This document shows positions 49,235 through 58,551 of a stretch of DNA of 64,000 nt, piece by piece (position 1 is the first letter of the stretch; every line of letters starts with the position of its first letter). The position numbers and the translations under genes were made by a program. The notes beneath the pieces are model-generated. The model did no database searches. It was not told the DNA's origin and worked only from the letters and a program-made list of their open reading frames with translations. Origin of the DNA: Actinomycetes bacterium (GTDB taxonomy: Bacteria; Actinomycetota; Acidimicrobiia; Acidimicrobiales; Ilumatobacteraceae); the NCBI GenBank assembly GCA_031360915.1, contig JANMCE010000123.1, forward strand, positions 3,168-67,167, written 5' to 3'.

Positions 49235-50089
49235 TTAGTGGACGCTCTGTCGGGCCGAAGGTAGACGAGCGATGCGCTGCTCCGTAGGAGGGTGGGTGAG
49301 GAACAGGCGAGCGAAGCTGACGTCGCGGCCGGTCAATGGGTTCACTATCCACGCGCTGGCCTGCGATGGCCTTACCTCCATCGGCGTGCGGTGCGCGAGG
49401 GCGTCGAGTTTGGCGAGGGCTCGGGCAAGCGGTGCGGGGTCGCCGAGCAGCTCAGCGCCGCGACGGTCGGCCTCAAACTCGCGCGAACGTGACAGCGCCA
49501 TTTGCAACACGCCAGCCGCGATTGGGGCGACCATTGCGAGCACAAGAACGGCGATGGGGTTTGGGCGGTCCTCGTCGTCGTCACTTGCGAACATGGCGCT
49601 GAACATCGCGAAGTTGGCGACCGCCGAGATGCCGGTAGCGACCGCGGCAGCGACTGAGCCGATCAGGATGTCGCGATTGTCGATGTGGGAGAGTTCGTGG
49701 GCGAGTACGCCGCGGATCTCATCGCGACTCAACGATTCGACGAGCCCGATCGTGACGCACACGGCAGCGTGGTTCTTGTTTCGTCCAGTCGCGAACGCGT
49801 TGGGTTGAGTGCTCAGGGAAAGGTATAGGCGGGGAGCGGGGAGACGAGCCCGGACCGCCAACTCGGCGATATCGACCTCCAACCAGGGCAACTGCCCATC
49901 GTCGAGCGGGCGGCCCCCCGCAGCTCGAATGGCCAGCTTGTCGGAGAACCAGTAACTCCCAGCGACGACGATAAGACCGAGCAACAGGCCGATGAACGTG
50001 CCGACCTGTCCAAAGAAACTGCCGATCAGGACGAGCAGCCCGCCGAGACTGGCCAGCAGCACGGTTGTTTTGACGGCGTTACGGAACAT
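49235..50089 (-). CDS. htpX: HtpX-like M48 zinc metalloprotease
   Basis: MFRNAVKTTVLLASLGG... TM start, HExxH in VLAHELSHIDNRD, and a downstream glutamate in EFEADRRGA. The track ORF start at 50167 is probably too far upstream. Confidence 0.9.
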   Translation of the reverse strand: MFRNAVKTTVLLASLGGLLVLIGSFFGQVGTFIGLLLGLIVVAGSYWFSDKLAIRAAGGRPLDDGQLPWLEVDIAELAVRARLPAPRLYLSLSTQPNAFATGRNKNHAAVCVTIGLVESLSRDEIRGVLAHELSHIDNRDILIGSVAAAVATGISAVANFAMFSAMFASDDDEDRPNPIAVLVLAMVAPIAAGVLQMALSRSREFEADRRGAELLGDPAPLARALAKLDALAHRTPMEVRPSQASAWIVNPLTGRDVSFARLFLTHPPTEQRIARLPSARQSVH

Positions 50090-50171
50090 CGCAAACCTCG
50101 ATTCGTGAATGTCCGCGATCAGCGCGAGCCAGGTTTTCGACGCATGTCGACTCTCGGATATGCGCAAGGTG

Positions 50172-50696
50172 TCATGAGCCCGGTAACTCCGGGCGACTCG
50201 GGCCAGCTTCCGATATCGACGTAGTTAACGCGTTCGCATCGGGGCGGACTGTTGACGCGCTGCGGTCGAGAAGCCTTCGGGCCGCAGGGAACAGCACAAT
50301 GAGCGCACAAAGCCCGGTAAGGAACATCGCGCCGCCCAACACTCGATGGTCGCCTGAGCTGGCCATAACCGCGATTCCGCCGAGGATCAGCACCGACGCG
50401 GACAGCTTGAACGCAGCGCTACCAACGCGACTGGACGTCAGCTTCGTCGTCGCGGTCGCAGCGGTCGACTTCGAACGGTCAAGCGCGCGCTCAGCCCAGG
50501 CAAATTCGGTCGCAAGAACGGCGAGGCCGATGATGGACACCAGAATGCCAGGCCCGGGCAGTAGCAGCATCGCGAGGCCGGCTCCGAGAAGTAAGGTGCC
50601 GACCACAAGAACGAGAAGTCGCCTCGCGTTCGCCGTGATCCACCGAAGCCATTGGGTTGGGTGATGGAGATCTACGGCCAACGTGTGTCCTTTCAT
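50172..50696 (-). CDS. PGPGW-family small membrane protein
   Basis: LLGAGLAMLLLPGPGILVSIIGLAVLATEFAWAERAL matches the PGPGW motif family. There are two further TM segments. Start chosen by alignment with the paralogue at 55492-55878. Confidence 0.7.
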   Translation of the reverse strand: MKGHTLAVDLHHPTQWLRWITANARRLLVLVVGTLLLGAGLAMLLLPGPGILVSIIGLAVLATEFAWAERALDRSKSTAATATTKLTSSRVGSAAFKLSASVLILGGIAVMASSGDHRVLGGAMFLTGLCALIVLFPAARRLLDRSASTVRPDANALTTSISEAGPSRPELPGS

Positions 50697-50735
50697 TCGA
50701 TGCGGGCTCATCAGGTGTGAAGTCCCGTCCGGTTT

Positions 50736-50820
50736 CACTATCCACATTCGAATCGCACGAGTGCAATGCCCGAATCCGCACATTCAGATCGTCACCCCTT
50801 TCCGACATCCGGAGACAGGA
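50736..50820 (-). promoter_or_regulatory. Conserved promoter leader, copy 1 (paralogous to 55935-56020)
   Basis: Shared blocks cactatccacattcg, gcaatgcc, gaatcc, gatcgtca and atccggagac. On the minus strand this reads TTGCAC-N18-GATAGT, about 40 nt upstream of the ATG. Confidence 0.4.
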
Positions 50821-50995
50821 GCGTGAATGTTGGCCACAAGTACCCGCGGCCGATAGACATCGTACGGGTTGGTTCGGCGCCGATCATCCGGAGGTCGACG
50901 GCAACTCGTGGCGACTCTGTTGGCTGATTCGTCGTGGATCTCGCAATTTCGTTCTCGTCATCTCCTTCCAACTCGGAACCAGCAACCATGGACAC

Positions 50996-51015
50996 CCGGG
51001 ACCTCCGGGTTCCGG
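50996..51015 (-). promoter_or_regulatory. Recurring intergenic motif, copy 4 (reverse orientation; core CCGGAGGTCCC)
   Basis: The plus strand reads cccgggacctccgggttccgg, about 125 nt upstream of the USP paralogue start at 51137. Confidence 0.25.
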
Positions 51016-51136
51016 AAACGAGCACGTAGGGACGCGTTCTTCAATCTGGGATTGTCGACCTGAGCGCCGCCGCGGATAATGAGCCCATGGCAACAAACGC
51101 ACGAGCGCGGCGTTGACGGACCTGACCGCACGACCG

Positions 51137-51901
51137 ATGTACCACCCGTTGGAGGCCCGATTGGGCAGCTGGCGCGGTGTCCTGGTGCCGCTCGACGGCT
51201 CGGAGAACGCCATCAGAGCACTTCATCCGGGCAGCACCCTCGCGTATTCGATGGGGATGCCGCTCTACGCCATCGCCACCGAAGCGACCTCACGAAGCCT
51301 GCTGGTGTGCATGGCATCCGGCGGACATCGCCGCGTCGCTGATGTGGTGCGGAGGCGTGTGGTGGCCGGGGTGGTGCGTCGGTTGGACGAACCGGTTGTG
51401 GTGGTTGGCCCGAAGGTGACCCGCGAGGATGGCCAAGTCGGCACGATCTACGCCTGCCTCGACGGCACCCCTGCTGCCGAAGCGATTCTGCCCGCCGTAG
51501 CGGCCCTCGCCCGACACACCGGTGCCACGATCCACCTGATCAGCGTGGTTCGACCGACTTTGACGGTTTTTGACCTCATGGAATACTCCGCCTCAACTGG
51601 GCCAGCCGATCGCCAATCGTACCTGTCCCAGCTCGCTGCATCATCTCAGGCCGAGCAGATAGTCAGCCACCAGGTCATTGAGGCCCGGTTGGTCGCCTCG
51701 TCGATCATTGACCTGGTTCGCGCAGACCTAGGGGCGGTCGTCGCCCTGACGAGCCATACGCGGCGCGGATTGGGCCAGCTTGTGTTCGGCAGCGTCGCCG
51801 CGCGAATCGTTTCCGCTTGCCCGCGCCAGGTCGTCCTCCTCCGCGGCCACGAGCCGAGGGCGCACTGGCCGCTCCGTCGCGTCCCTCGCTCTGGTTTCTA
51901 G
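51137..51901 (+). CDS. USP paralogue of 46038-46868 with a ~45-aa internal deletion in domain 1
   Basis: LGSWRGVLVPLDGSENAIRALHPGSTLAYSMGMPLYAI then jumps to ATSRSLLVCMASGGH. The rest is collinear with the 46-kb copy at roughly 70-80% amino-acid identity by eye. TAG stop. Confidence 0.8.
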   Translation: MYHPLEARLGSWRGVLVPLDGSENAIRALHPGSTLAYSMGMPLYAIATEATSRSLLVCMASGGHRRVADVVRRRVVAGVVRRLDEPVVVVGPKVTREDGQVGTIYACLDGTPAAEAILPAVAALARHTGATIHLISVVRPTLTVFDLMEYSASTGPADRQSYLSQLAASSQAEQIVSHQVIEARLVASSIIDLVRADLGAVVALTSHTRRGLGQLVFGSVAARIVSACPRQVVLLRGHEPRAHWPLRRVPRSGF

Positions 51902-52051
51902 CTCGACATTCTGTCGGAACCCCACCCCTTCAAATGGACCTGCGTGTCGCCCGACGCTGGTCAAAGATCGCCCTGAGTGACAACGGCGTGAGTCTCGATG
52001 TGGTTCCATTGGCATGCCGGGAAGCCTGGTCGGCGATCAAGGAGGTTTCCG

Positions 52052-53344
52052 ATGGATCGACCCCCTCGTAACCAACGCGCACCGCTCGTTCGCATGCTGT
52101 CGCCGTTGCGTGACTTTCTGTCCACGGAATCGGCCGGCGCTGCGCTTATCGCTGCCGGAGCTGTGGCCGCGTTGGTGTGGGCAAACTCGCCATGGTCCGA
52201 CTCGTATGAGCGGGTCTGGGCCAGTCGTGTGTCGATCAAGGTAGTTGGGCAGACCCTCGACCTCGACCTGCGTCATTGGGTCAACGACGGGCTGATGACC
52301 ATTTTCTTTCTCGTGGTCGGTCTCGAGATCAAGCGCGAGGTCGTCGAAGGCCATCTGTCGAATCGGCGCGCTGCGCTGTTGCCGATGATCGCGGCGTTGG
52401 GCGGAATGATCGCGCCAGCGCTGCTGTATCTCGCAATCGCCGGTGGAACGGCGCCGCGTGGGTGGGCGATCCCGATGGCCACCGACATCGCGTTGGCGGT
52501 CGGTGTCCTCGCAGTTGCCGGATCCCGACTGCCGTCGTCATTGCGAGCCTTCCTGCTCGGTCTGGCGATCGTCGATGACATCGGAGCGATTCTGATCATT
52601 GCCGCGGTCTATTCGACCGGGCTCGCATGGGGATGGCTCACCGCCGCGGCCTTGGTGCTCGCCGCGATTGTTGGAGTTCGCCGTCTTGGGATCCACGCAC
52701 TCGGAACCTACGTCCTGCTTGGAGCTTTTGTTTGGTACGCCCTTCACGAGGCAGGTGTTCATCCGACACTCGCCGGTGTCGCTCTTGGCCTCCTCGCTCC
52801 CTCGGTTCCCCGACTCCAAGCCGAGTACATTGACGTAGACGAACTTGCCGACGTGTCAAGTGCTGAGGCTGTGCGCGCCACGACCGACATTGCGAAAGGT
52901 TCCGTGTCAGTCGTGGAATGGCTCCAGCACGTGCTGCACCCGTGGACCAGCTACCTGATCGTGCCCATCTTCGCGTTGGCGAACGCTGGCATCGAGATCT
53001 CAAGGCCGGGCGTTCGCTCCGCACTCGTTTCACCCGTAGCGTGGGGGGTGTTCGCGGGCCTGCTCATCGGTAAACCACTCGGAGTCGTCACTGCTGTCAC
53101 CCTGGCGAGGCTCACCGGGGTCGCAGATGCCGAGGAGGGCACAACTCGCGTCCAAATGCTCGGCATCGGCACAGCAGCCGGCATCGGCTTCACCGTCGCG
53201 ATCTTCATCAGCGAATTGGCTTTCACCAATCCGGCGCAGCAGGCGGATGCCAAGCTCGCCATTCTTCTCGCATCGGTTCTGGCCGCTGCAATCTCGGCGG
53301 GTTTGCTTCGAACATTTCAACGCCCGAGGCTAAACTCTCTCTAG
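52052..53344 (+). CDS. nhaA: Na+/H+ antiporter NhaA
   Basis: HWVNDGLMTIFFLVVGLEIKRE and GWAIPMATDIA are NhaA hallmarks. AAGGAGG precedes ATG 52052. Confidence 0.9.
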   Translation: MDRPPRNQRAPLVRMLSPLRDFLSTESAGAALIAAGAVAALVWANSPWSDSYERVWASRVSIKVVGQTLDLDLRHWVNDGLMTIFFLVVGLEIKREVVEGHLSNRRAALLPMIAALGGMIAPALLYLAIAGGTAPRGWAIPMATDIALAVGVLAVAGSRLPSSLRAFLLGLAIVDDIGAILIIAAVYSTGLAWGWLTAAALVLAAIVGVRRLGIHALGTYVLLGAFVWYALHEAGVHPTLAGVALGLLAPSVPRLQAEYIDVDELADVSSAEAVRATTDIAKGSVSVVEWLQHVLHPWTSYLIVPIFALANAGIEISRPGVRSALVSPVAWGVFAGLLIGKPLGVVTAVTLARLTGVADAEEGTTRVQMLGIGTAAGIGFTVAIFISELAFTNPAQQADAKLAILLASVLAAAISAGLLRTFQRPRLNSL

Positions 53345-53494
53345 ATCGTGAACGGTTCAGAGTGCACCTCAGGGTGTTCGCCAACCAGCGACACCGGTGC
53401 CCGTCGGATAGGCGCAAGCTTCGTTACAGAAAACTGCAAGGAATCCGACCCGTCAGCTCAGCGAGGCTCGGGCGGCAGGCAAGTTCGAGCCGCC

Positions 53495-54379
53495 TCAGTT
53501 TCGGCCGTGTCGGTGAACACGACCCGTTTTGCCGGCGCCGGAATCCACGGCCAGACGCAGCCACAGCCGTGCCTGAAGGCGTAGCGTGACGGCGCCTACG
53601 ACAACAAGGATGCCTAGATTGAGTATCAGTTGACCGAGCGCGCCTGCCGCTTCGCCAACGCGTGACATGGCGAGGGCGACGCCTACGTTCGAGGCCGCTG
53701 GAATGGTGGTGACGGAGATAAGAACGCCAACCAATGCGCCGCTGCGGGCCTCGGTCAGCGACACCGTTCCCGCCACCCCAGCCAATACGGCAACGATTAT
53801 GGCGAACAGGTCGGGGTTACTGATGAAGTTCGTGAGCGGACGCTCGCCCAGCCGGTAGGCCACCGGGATGCGGTCGGCCCAACGCAGCACTACTGTCAGG
53901 CTGGCGGCTGCGACGATGGCGACCGGGAACCCGACCGCCAAGGCGACGAGGCCGCGTCGCACTCGGCGCAGCCGACAGCCATAGAGACCCATCGCGACAG
54001 ATGCGAGCGGGCCGTACTCAGGCCCCACGACCATGGCCCCGACTATCAGAATCGGTGAGTCGACCAGCACACCCACCGCGCCGATGAGCACAGCGATCAC
54101 GAGCAGCGCCACAAAGCTCGGCGATAGTCCGCTGTCGCCGCGCACGCGCGCTTCCACTTCCTCCCAGATCACCGCTTCCGACGGTTCGCCCGGCGCGTGG
54201 GCCTCGGCGGCGGCGGCGACGTCAGACAGCGCTGTGTCGATGCGATCTACAGCGATCGAGCCGACACGGTGTAAGTCCAGCTGGCGGAGCCGCTCGAGCA
54301 CGCCGTTGGCCGCCTCACGGGCCACGTCGAATTGGACGAGATCACCTGCGGGTCGTCGGGCCGCTCCAGGCATGACCAC
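53495..54379 (-). CDS. DUF389 (TIGR00341-type) membrane protein
   Basis: N-terminal soluble part followed by LLVIAVLIGAVGVLVDSPILIVGAMVVGPEYGPLASVAMGL and further TM segments. Confidence 0.8.
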   Translation of the reverse strand: MVMPGAARRPAGDLVQFDVAREAANGVLERLRQLDLHRVGSIAVDRIDTALSDVAAAAEAHAPGEPSEAVIWEEVEARVRGDSGLSPSFVALLVIAVLIGAVGVLVDSPILIVGAMVVGPEYGPLASVAMGLYGCRLRRVRRGLVALAVGFPVAIVAAASLTVVLRWADRIPVAYRLGERPLTNFISNPDLFAIIVAVLAGVAGTVSLTEARSGALVGVLISVTTIPAASNVGVALAMSRVGEAAGALGQLILNLGILVVVGAVTLRLQARLWLRLAVDSGAGKTGRVHRHGRN

Positions 54380-54459
54380 GATATTGCAGTTGCCAAGCAG
54401 ACGGAGCCCGAGTGTGGCCCCCTTGCTGCCCTCGTCCGCTCGGTGCCGTCCGTCCGCAG

Positions 54460-55479
54460 TCAGAATCGGAGGACTGCGGCGATGCGGTCATGGTCTCGAA
54501 GGTCGTTGTCGGCGACGATGACAACGTTTCCGCCGCGGCGCATGACGGCCTCGATGGTGTCGTCGATGACGTCATCGATTACGTCCGGGGCCTCTCGGTC
54601 GTCGGCTCGTTGCAGTTGGAGGTTGTGGTCTATTCGGGCAGCGAGAGCGTAGGTGTCTTCTACGACCAGGAGTTCCACCCGTCCGTCGTTAGCGAGAGGC
54701 CAGATCTCGTCGATGCCGCCCGCGAAACGGCAGGTCGATCTGGCGTGCTCCAGCGCTTTGGCTGCTCGGCTGTGATCCGTGCGGAGCCAGTCAGTCACGA
54801 GGGGCCACGCCGCGCTGTGGAGCTCCATCCAGCTCGTGCGATCGTGGTTCCCGGGGATGAGCCCGATGGTGTCGAGGCGGTTGGCGAAGATGGTGCGTCG
54901 GACGGTCCGTTCGACACCGGCGATGATCGTCGGCAACGGGTGTTGGACGTGTTCAGACCGCACGCATTCCTCCACTTCGCGCGTCCACGATGCGGCGGTC
55001 TGGTCGTCCTGCCGAATGACCGGCCAGACGCCGCTGCGTGATTCGATGAGTCCTTGCCGATCGCCGATGAACAGACGGCTCCTACGGTCGCTGATGGTAA
55101 AAACGCGATAGCTGGCGGTGCGGTTCAGGTCGGCAACGAGGTCGCGGGTGGCGAACGTGTCGTCAATCACGACGCGTTCATTGACTGTCCGACCGAGATG
55201 AACACCTGCCGAATAGTCCGGCGAAACGCACAGGGCGAGGGCACGTGCGGATCCCTCCTTGGTCTGATCGTCGACAAGGCTGGTAATAGTCGAGATCAGT
55301 GCGGCACGAGCGTCGTCGGGGATGTCGCCCGTGAGCCGCTCATCAGCGTGCTTGACCAGGCGCAGGGCCGTGGCGAGTTCGGTCGGGCTGAGAACGGTGC
55401 CGGGTGTCGTGTTCATGAGAATCGTGATGCTCGGGTACACCGTCTGGCCTTGGAGCTGGGCGAGCAGAAATCGGTTCAT
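54460..55479 (-). CDS. Hypothetical protein, possibly bacterial eRF1-like (baeRF) family
   Basis: The ORF itself is solid. The N-terminus LLAQLQGQTVYPSITILMNTTPG and C-terminus GGNVVIVADNDLRDHDRIAAVLRF resemble the pattern I recall for bacterial archaeo-eukaryotic release-factor-like proteins. This is memory-based, not searched. Confidence 0.45.
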   Translation of the reverse strand: MNRFLLAQLQGQTVYPSITILMNTTPGTVLSPTELATALRLVKHADERLTGDIPDDARAALISTITSLVDDQTKEGSARALALCVSPDYSAGVHLGRTVNERVVIDDTFATRDLVADLNRTASYRVFTISDRRSRLFIGDRQGLIESRSGVWPVIRQDDQTAASWTREVEECVRSEHVQHPLPTIIAGVERTVRRTIFANRLDTIGLIPGNHDRTSWMELHSAAWPLVTDWLRTDHSRAAKALEHARSTCRFAGGIDEIWPLANDGRVELLVVEDTYALAARIDHNLQLQRADDREAPDVIDDVIDDTIEAVMRRGGNVVIVADNDLRDHDRIAAVLRF

Positions 55480-55491
55480 GTGTCGTAGTCC

Positions 55492-55878
55492 TTAGGGTCG
55501 GCTTCGGTTGGTAGTTTGGTGGCGCGGGGCGGACGCCACGGGCGACGGGTTGCAGCGCGGGTTGTGGGCTCCTACAAATCCTCGAGCCAGGTCGCTAATG
55601 GGTCGGTCCGTTGGCGTCTTGCCGTCGACAAGATGCCGGGACGCAGGGAACAGCACCACAAGCGCACCCAACCCGGCGAGGACCATCACACCGCCGAACA
55701 CTCGATGGCCATCTACGACGGTCATGACCGTGACCCCAACGAGGATCACAACCACAACCGACAACTTGAGCAGCCTGGCGATGCCCGTTCCGAAGAGCAT
55801 TGCGCCCATCTGGCGAACGACGAGTCGCTTCGCGTTCGCCAGAATCAACTGGAATCGGTGATGCAGACCTAAGGCCAT
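55492..55878 (-). CDS. Truncated paralogue of the PGPGW-family membrane protein (PGPG loop deleted)
   Basis: MALGLHHRFQLILANAKRLVV... and ...GHRVFGGVMVLAGLGALVVLFPASRHLVD align with 50172-50696, but the LLPGPGILV segment is missing. AAAGGA precedes ATG 55878. Confidence 0.6.
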   Translation of the reverse strand: MALGLHHRFQLILANAKRLVVRQMGAMLFGTGIARLLKLSVVVVILVGVTVMTVVDGHRVFGGVMVLAGLGALVVLFPASRHLVDGKTPTDRPISDLARGFVGAHNPRCNPSPVASAPRHQTTNRSRP

Positions 55879-55934
55879 CGTTAACATCCTTTCGTCCAGT
55901 GCGAGTTCGATCGCGATAAGACCCGATCCACATT

Positions 55935-56020
55935 CACTATCCACATTCGGAGAGGACGGTCGCAATGCCAGAATCCAAACAATCGGATCGTCAACTGCCT
56001 GCCGAAATCCGGAGACCGGA
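55935..56020 (-). promoter_or_regulatory. Conserved promoter leader, copy 2
   Basis: It has the same conserved blocks as 50736-50820. The minus strand reads TTGCGA-N18-GATAGT, about 57 nt upstream of ATG 55878. Confidence 0.4.
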
Positions 56021-56298
56021 AGTGCCGGCAACCGTCCTTCCGCGCATCGCACACGATCGAGCTATCTATGCTCTGGGCTATTTCTAACGCACCCGGTCGA
56101 CTCAGCGAAAGGCTCCTCCTCTGCTCATGGGCGGCGCGAACGCGATTCGTTGTGAACGCCGAAGCGCTGCGTGTAGCGGCGGCTTCTGGACAGCCGAAGA
56201 CCGGGCTTCGACAGGACCCGGTCCACGTGGTGCTCAGCGGTTTTTGCACCGTTGAACAGTTACCGGAGGTCAGGCCGTCTGCGGGCGGTGTCGGTGCG

Positions 56299-57519
56299 TC
56301 AGTCCTCGGTTTGCGTGCTGCGCGATTCGGGCGAAGTGGCTGCTAACCGGCGAGAGCGTATGGCGAGTTCGAGAGCGAAACGGTCACTCGCATCGGACGG
56401 CGAGTACCTGGTGAGGTCGGCGACTCGATTAAGCCGATAGTCGACCGCGCGTGGACTCAGTCCGAGCAGACGAGCGGTCGCTGTCGTGTTGCCAGATGAG
56501 GCGAAGTGCGCCTCCAGGGTTGCGATGAGGGGTTCGGCGCCACCGCGAGCGCGTTCGAGCGGCCCCAGCACGGTCGCGACAAGTTCGGCCGCTAGCCTCG
56601 GGTCGGCCGTGAGCATCCGATGGGGAAGAAGCCGGTTGAAGAATGCGATCTCGCCCGGCTGAGCATCCCGGTCGGCAAGCTCGAGAGCCTGCAACGCTTC
56701 ACCATAGGAACGCGCCACGCCCGTCACTCCACCGTGTGCCTGCCCGACGCCGATCCGCCACGGCCCGTGCTCGACCTCTACCAACGCTGCCAGCAGGTCG
56801 CGCGTTGAATCCGTCGCGCTGATCGGAAACACGCAGACCAGCAGGTTCTGCTTCGTCGCGATCACAACGTCACGCCCGCCGAGCTTGGCCAGCACATGTC
56901 CCTCGACCCGGGCGAGCACCTGGCCGGCATCCGCCACTCGGCGGCTGTTTTGCGCGGTCAACACCAGGTGCGTGCCAGCGAGGTTGAACCCGACGTGAGC
57001 CGCACGTTCACGAAGTAGCTCGGCATCACCAGCGCCGCCGAGGAGGCCTTCGATGAACTCGCGGCGCAGAGACTCCTCGAAGCGCATGGTGCGGCGCTGA
57101 GCAACTTCGAACCCGGCGGCGAGGGCCTCCGCGGCGTCGTCCGCCGCACGGAACAACGTCGCCGCAACGGTGGCAACCGTGATCGAGTTCGCTTTCGGGG
57201 CGCGCTGCTCGATCTCACCCCAGAGTCGCCACGTTGCGCTGAGGTACAGATCGAGCACCGCCGCGAGTGCAACTCCCCGCTCCGCGGCCTCCTCACCGCG
57301 CTGACGGCAGGCGCTCACCGCACCGTGGGGCAGCCGGCAACCCTGTCGGGCAGCATCAAGCACGACATCAAGGAAGTTGCCGATGAGCCCGACGTCAACC
57401 TTCGCGTCCTGGGCCCCTTTCCTCGCAACGGTCTCTACCTTCGACGCCGGGAGGTCGACAAGCGCTCCGATCTCCGACCGAGAAGCCCCTGTCCCTGCTC
57501 GAGTAACCGATGACCCCAT
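56299..57519 (-). CDS. PucR/CdaR-family transcriptional regulator
   Basis: C-terminal PucR-type HTH TLEAHFASSGNTTATARLLGLSPRAVDYRLNRVADLT. The central region is GGDEF-like. Confidence 0.85.
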   Translation of the reverse strand: MGSSVTRAGTGASRSEIGALVDLPASKVETVARKGAQDAKVDVGLIGNFLDVVLDAARQGCRLPHGAVSACRQRGEEAAERGVALAAVLDLYLSATWRLWGEIEQRAPKANSITVATVAATLFRAADDAAEALAAGFEVAQRRTMRFEESLRREFIEGLLGGAGDAELLRERAAHVGFNLAGTHLVLTAQNSRRVADAGQVLARVEGHVLAKLGGRDVVIATKQNLLVCVFPISATDSTRDLLAALVEVEHGPWRIGVGQAHGGVTGVARSYGEALQALELADRDAQPGEIAFFNRLLPHRMLTADPRLAAELVATVLGPLERARGGAEPLIATLEAHFASSGNTTATARLLGLSPRAVDYRLNRVADLTRYSPSDASDRFALELAIRSRRLAATSPESRSTQTED

Positions 57520-57635
57520 ATCTAGAGTATGCAGTTACCCTGCAGGTTCCGTCGTTCAAGGAGCTCAATTCGAGCACTCGACTTCCGGAATGCGGCGGAT
57601 TCTCGTTCGGGCTGGGCGCCGCTCCGTCAACGTTT

Positions 57636-58545
57636 TCATCGTGGGGAGTCGTCGGCGGTTTCGATGGCGGTGTCGATTCCGGCGGCACCCATGGCGATGC
57701 CGAGGTGGGCTGCGAGCGCTGGGGCGTCGTTCACCCGTCGCCGATCATGCCGACGGGGCCTTTGGCGGCGAGTTCGCTGACGATGCGGTATTTGTCGTCT
57801 GGTAGCAGGTCGCCGCGGGCGTCGCTAATCCCGACCTGGCGAGCAACCGCTGTGGCGGTCAGCGTTTGTCACCAGTGAGCATCACGGCTTCGACTCCGAG
57901 CGCGTGAAGCTGCGCAACTGCGTCTGCGGATTCGGGCCGGATGGTGTCCGCAACCGCGAGAACAGCGATGGCCCGTTCGGCGGTCATCAAGACAACAACC
58001 GTTTTGGCGTCGCTTTCCCATCCTTGGAGGACGGCTTCGATGGCCCGGTCGCATACGCCGGTTGTTTCGGCGAGGCGGTAATTGCCGAGCAGATACGTCA
58101 CAACGTTGATCGTGCCGGTGACGCCGTGGCCGGGGACTGCTTCGAACCCGTCGACTTGGTCGATGGCTCCTTGGTAGGCGGTGACGATCGCATGGGCGAC
58201 GGGATGTTCCGACAGAGTGTCGAGTGACGCTGCGATACGCAGCACCCTGTCGCGATCGAAGGTTGCGTCGATCACTTGGATATCGGTGAGCACCGGTTTG
58301 CCATGTGTGAGGGTGCCGGTCTTGTCGAGCGCGATGGTGACGAGCTTGCGAGCATTCTCGAGATGTAGGCCACCTTTGATGAGAATCCCGCGCCGGGCCG
58401 CCCCACCGAGCGCAGAAACCACCGTGACGGGTGTCGAGATCACCAAGGCGCATGGGCACGCCAACACCAACAGGACCAACGCCCGGTACAGCCATTCACG
58501 AAACGAACCGTGACCAGTGACCTTGACACAACCGGGCTCGGGTTG
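57636..58545 (-). pseudogene. 5'-truncated, twice-frameshifted heavy-metal (P1B) P-type ATPase
   Basis: It begins directly after the stop of the upstream gene with ...WLYRALVLLVLACPCALVISTP (CPC motif). It contains DKTGTLTHG and LTGDKR-stop, then [36 protein letters not shown] in another frame, then [17 protein letters not shown] in a third. The C-terminal TM helices are absent. Confidence 0.75.
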
Positions 58546-58551
58546 GTTCGC

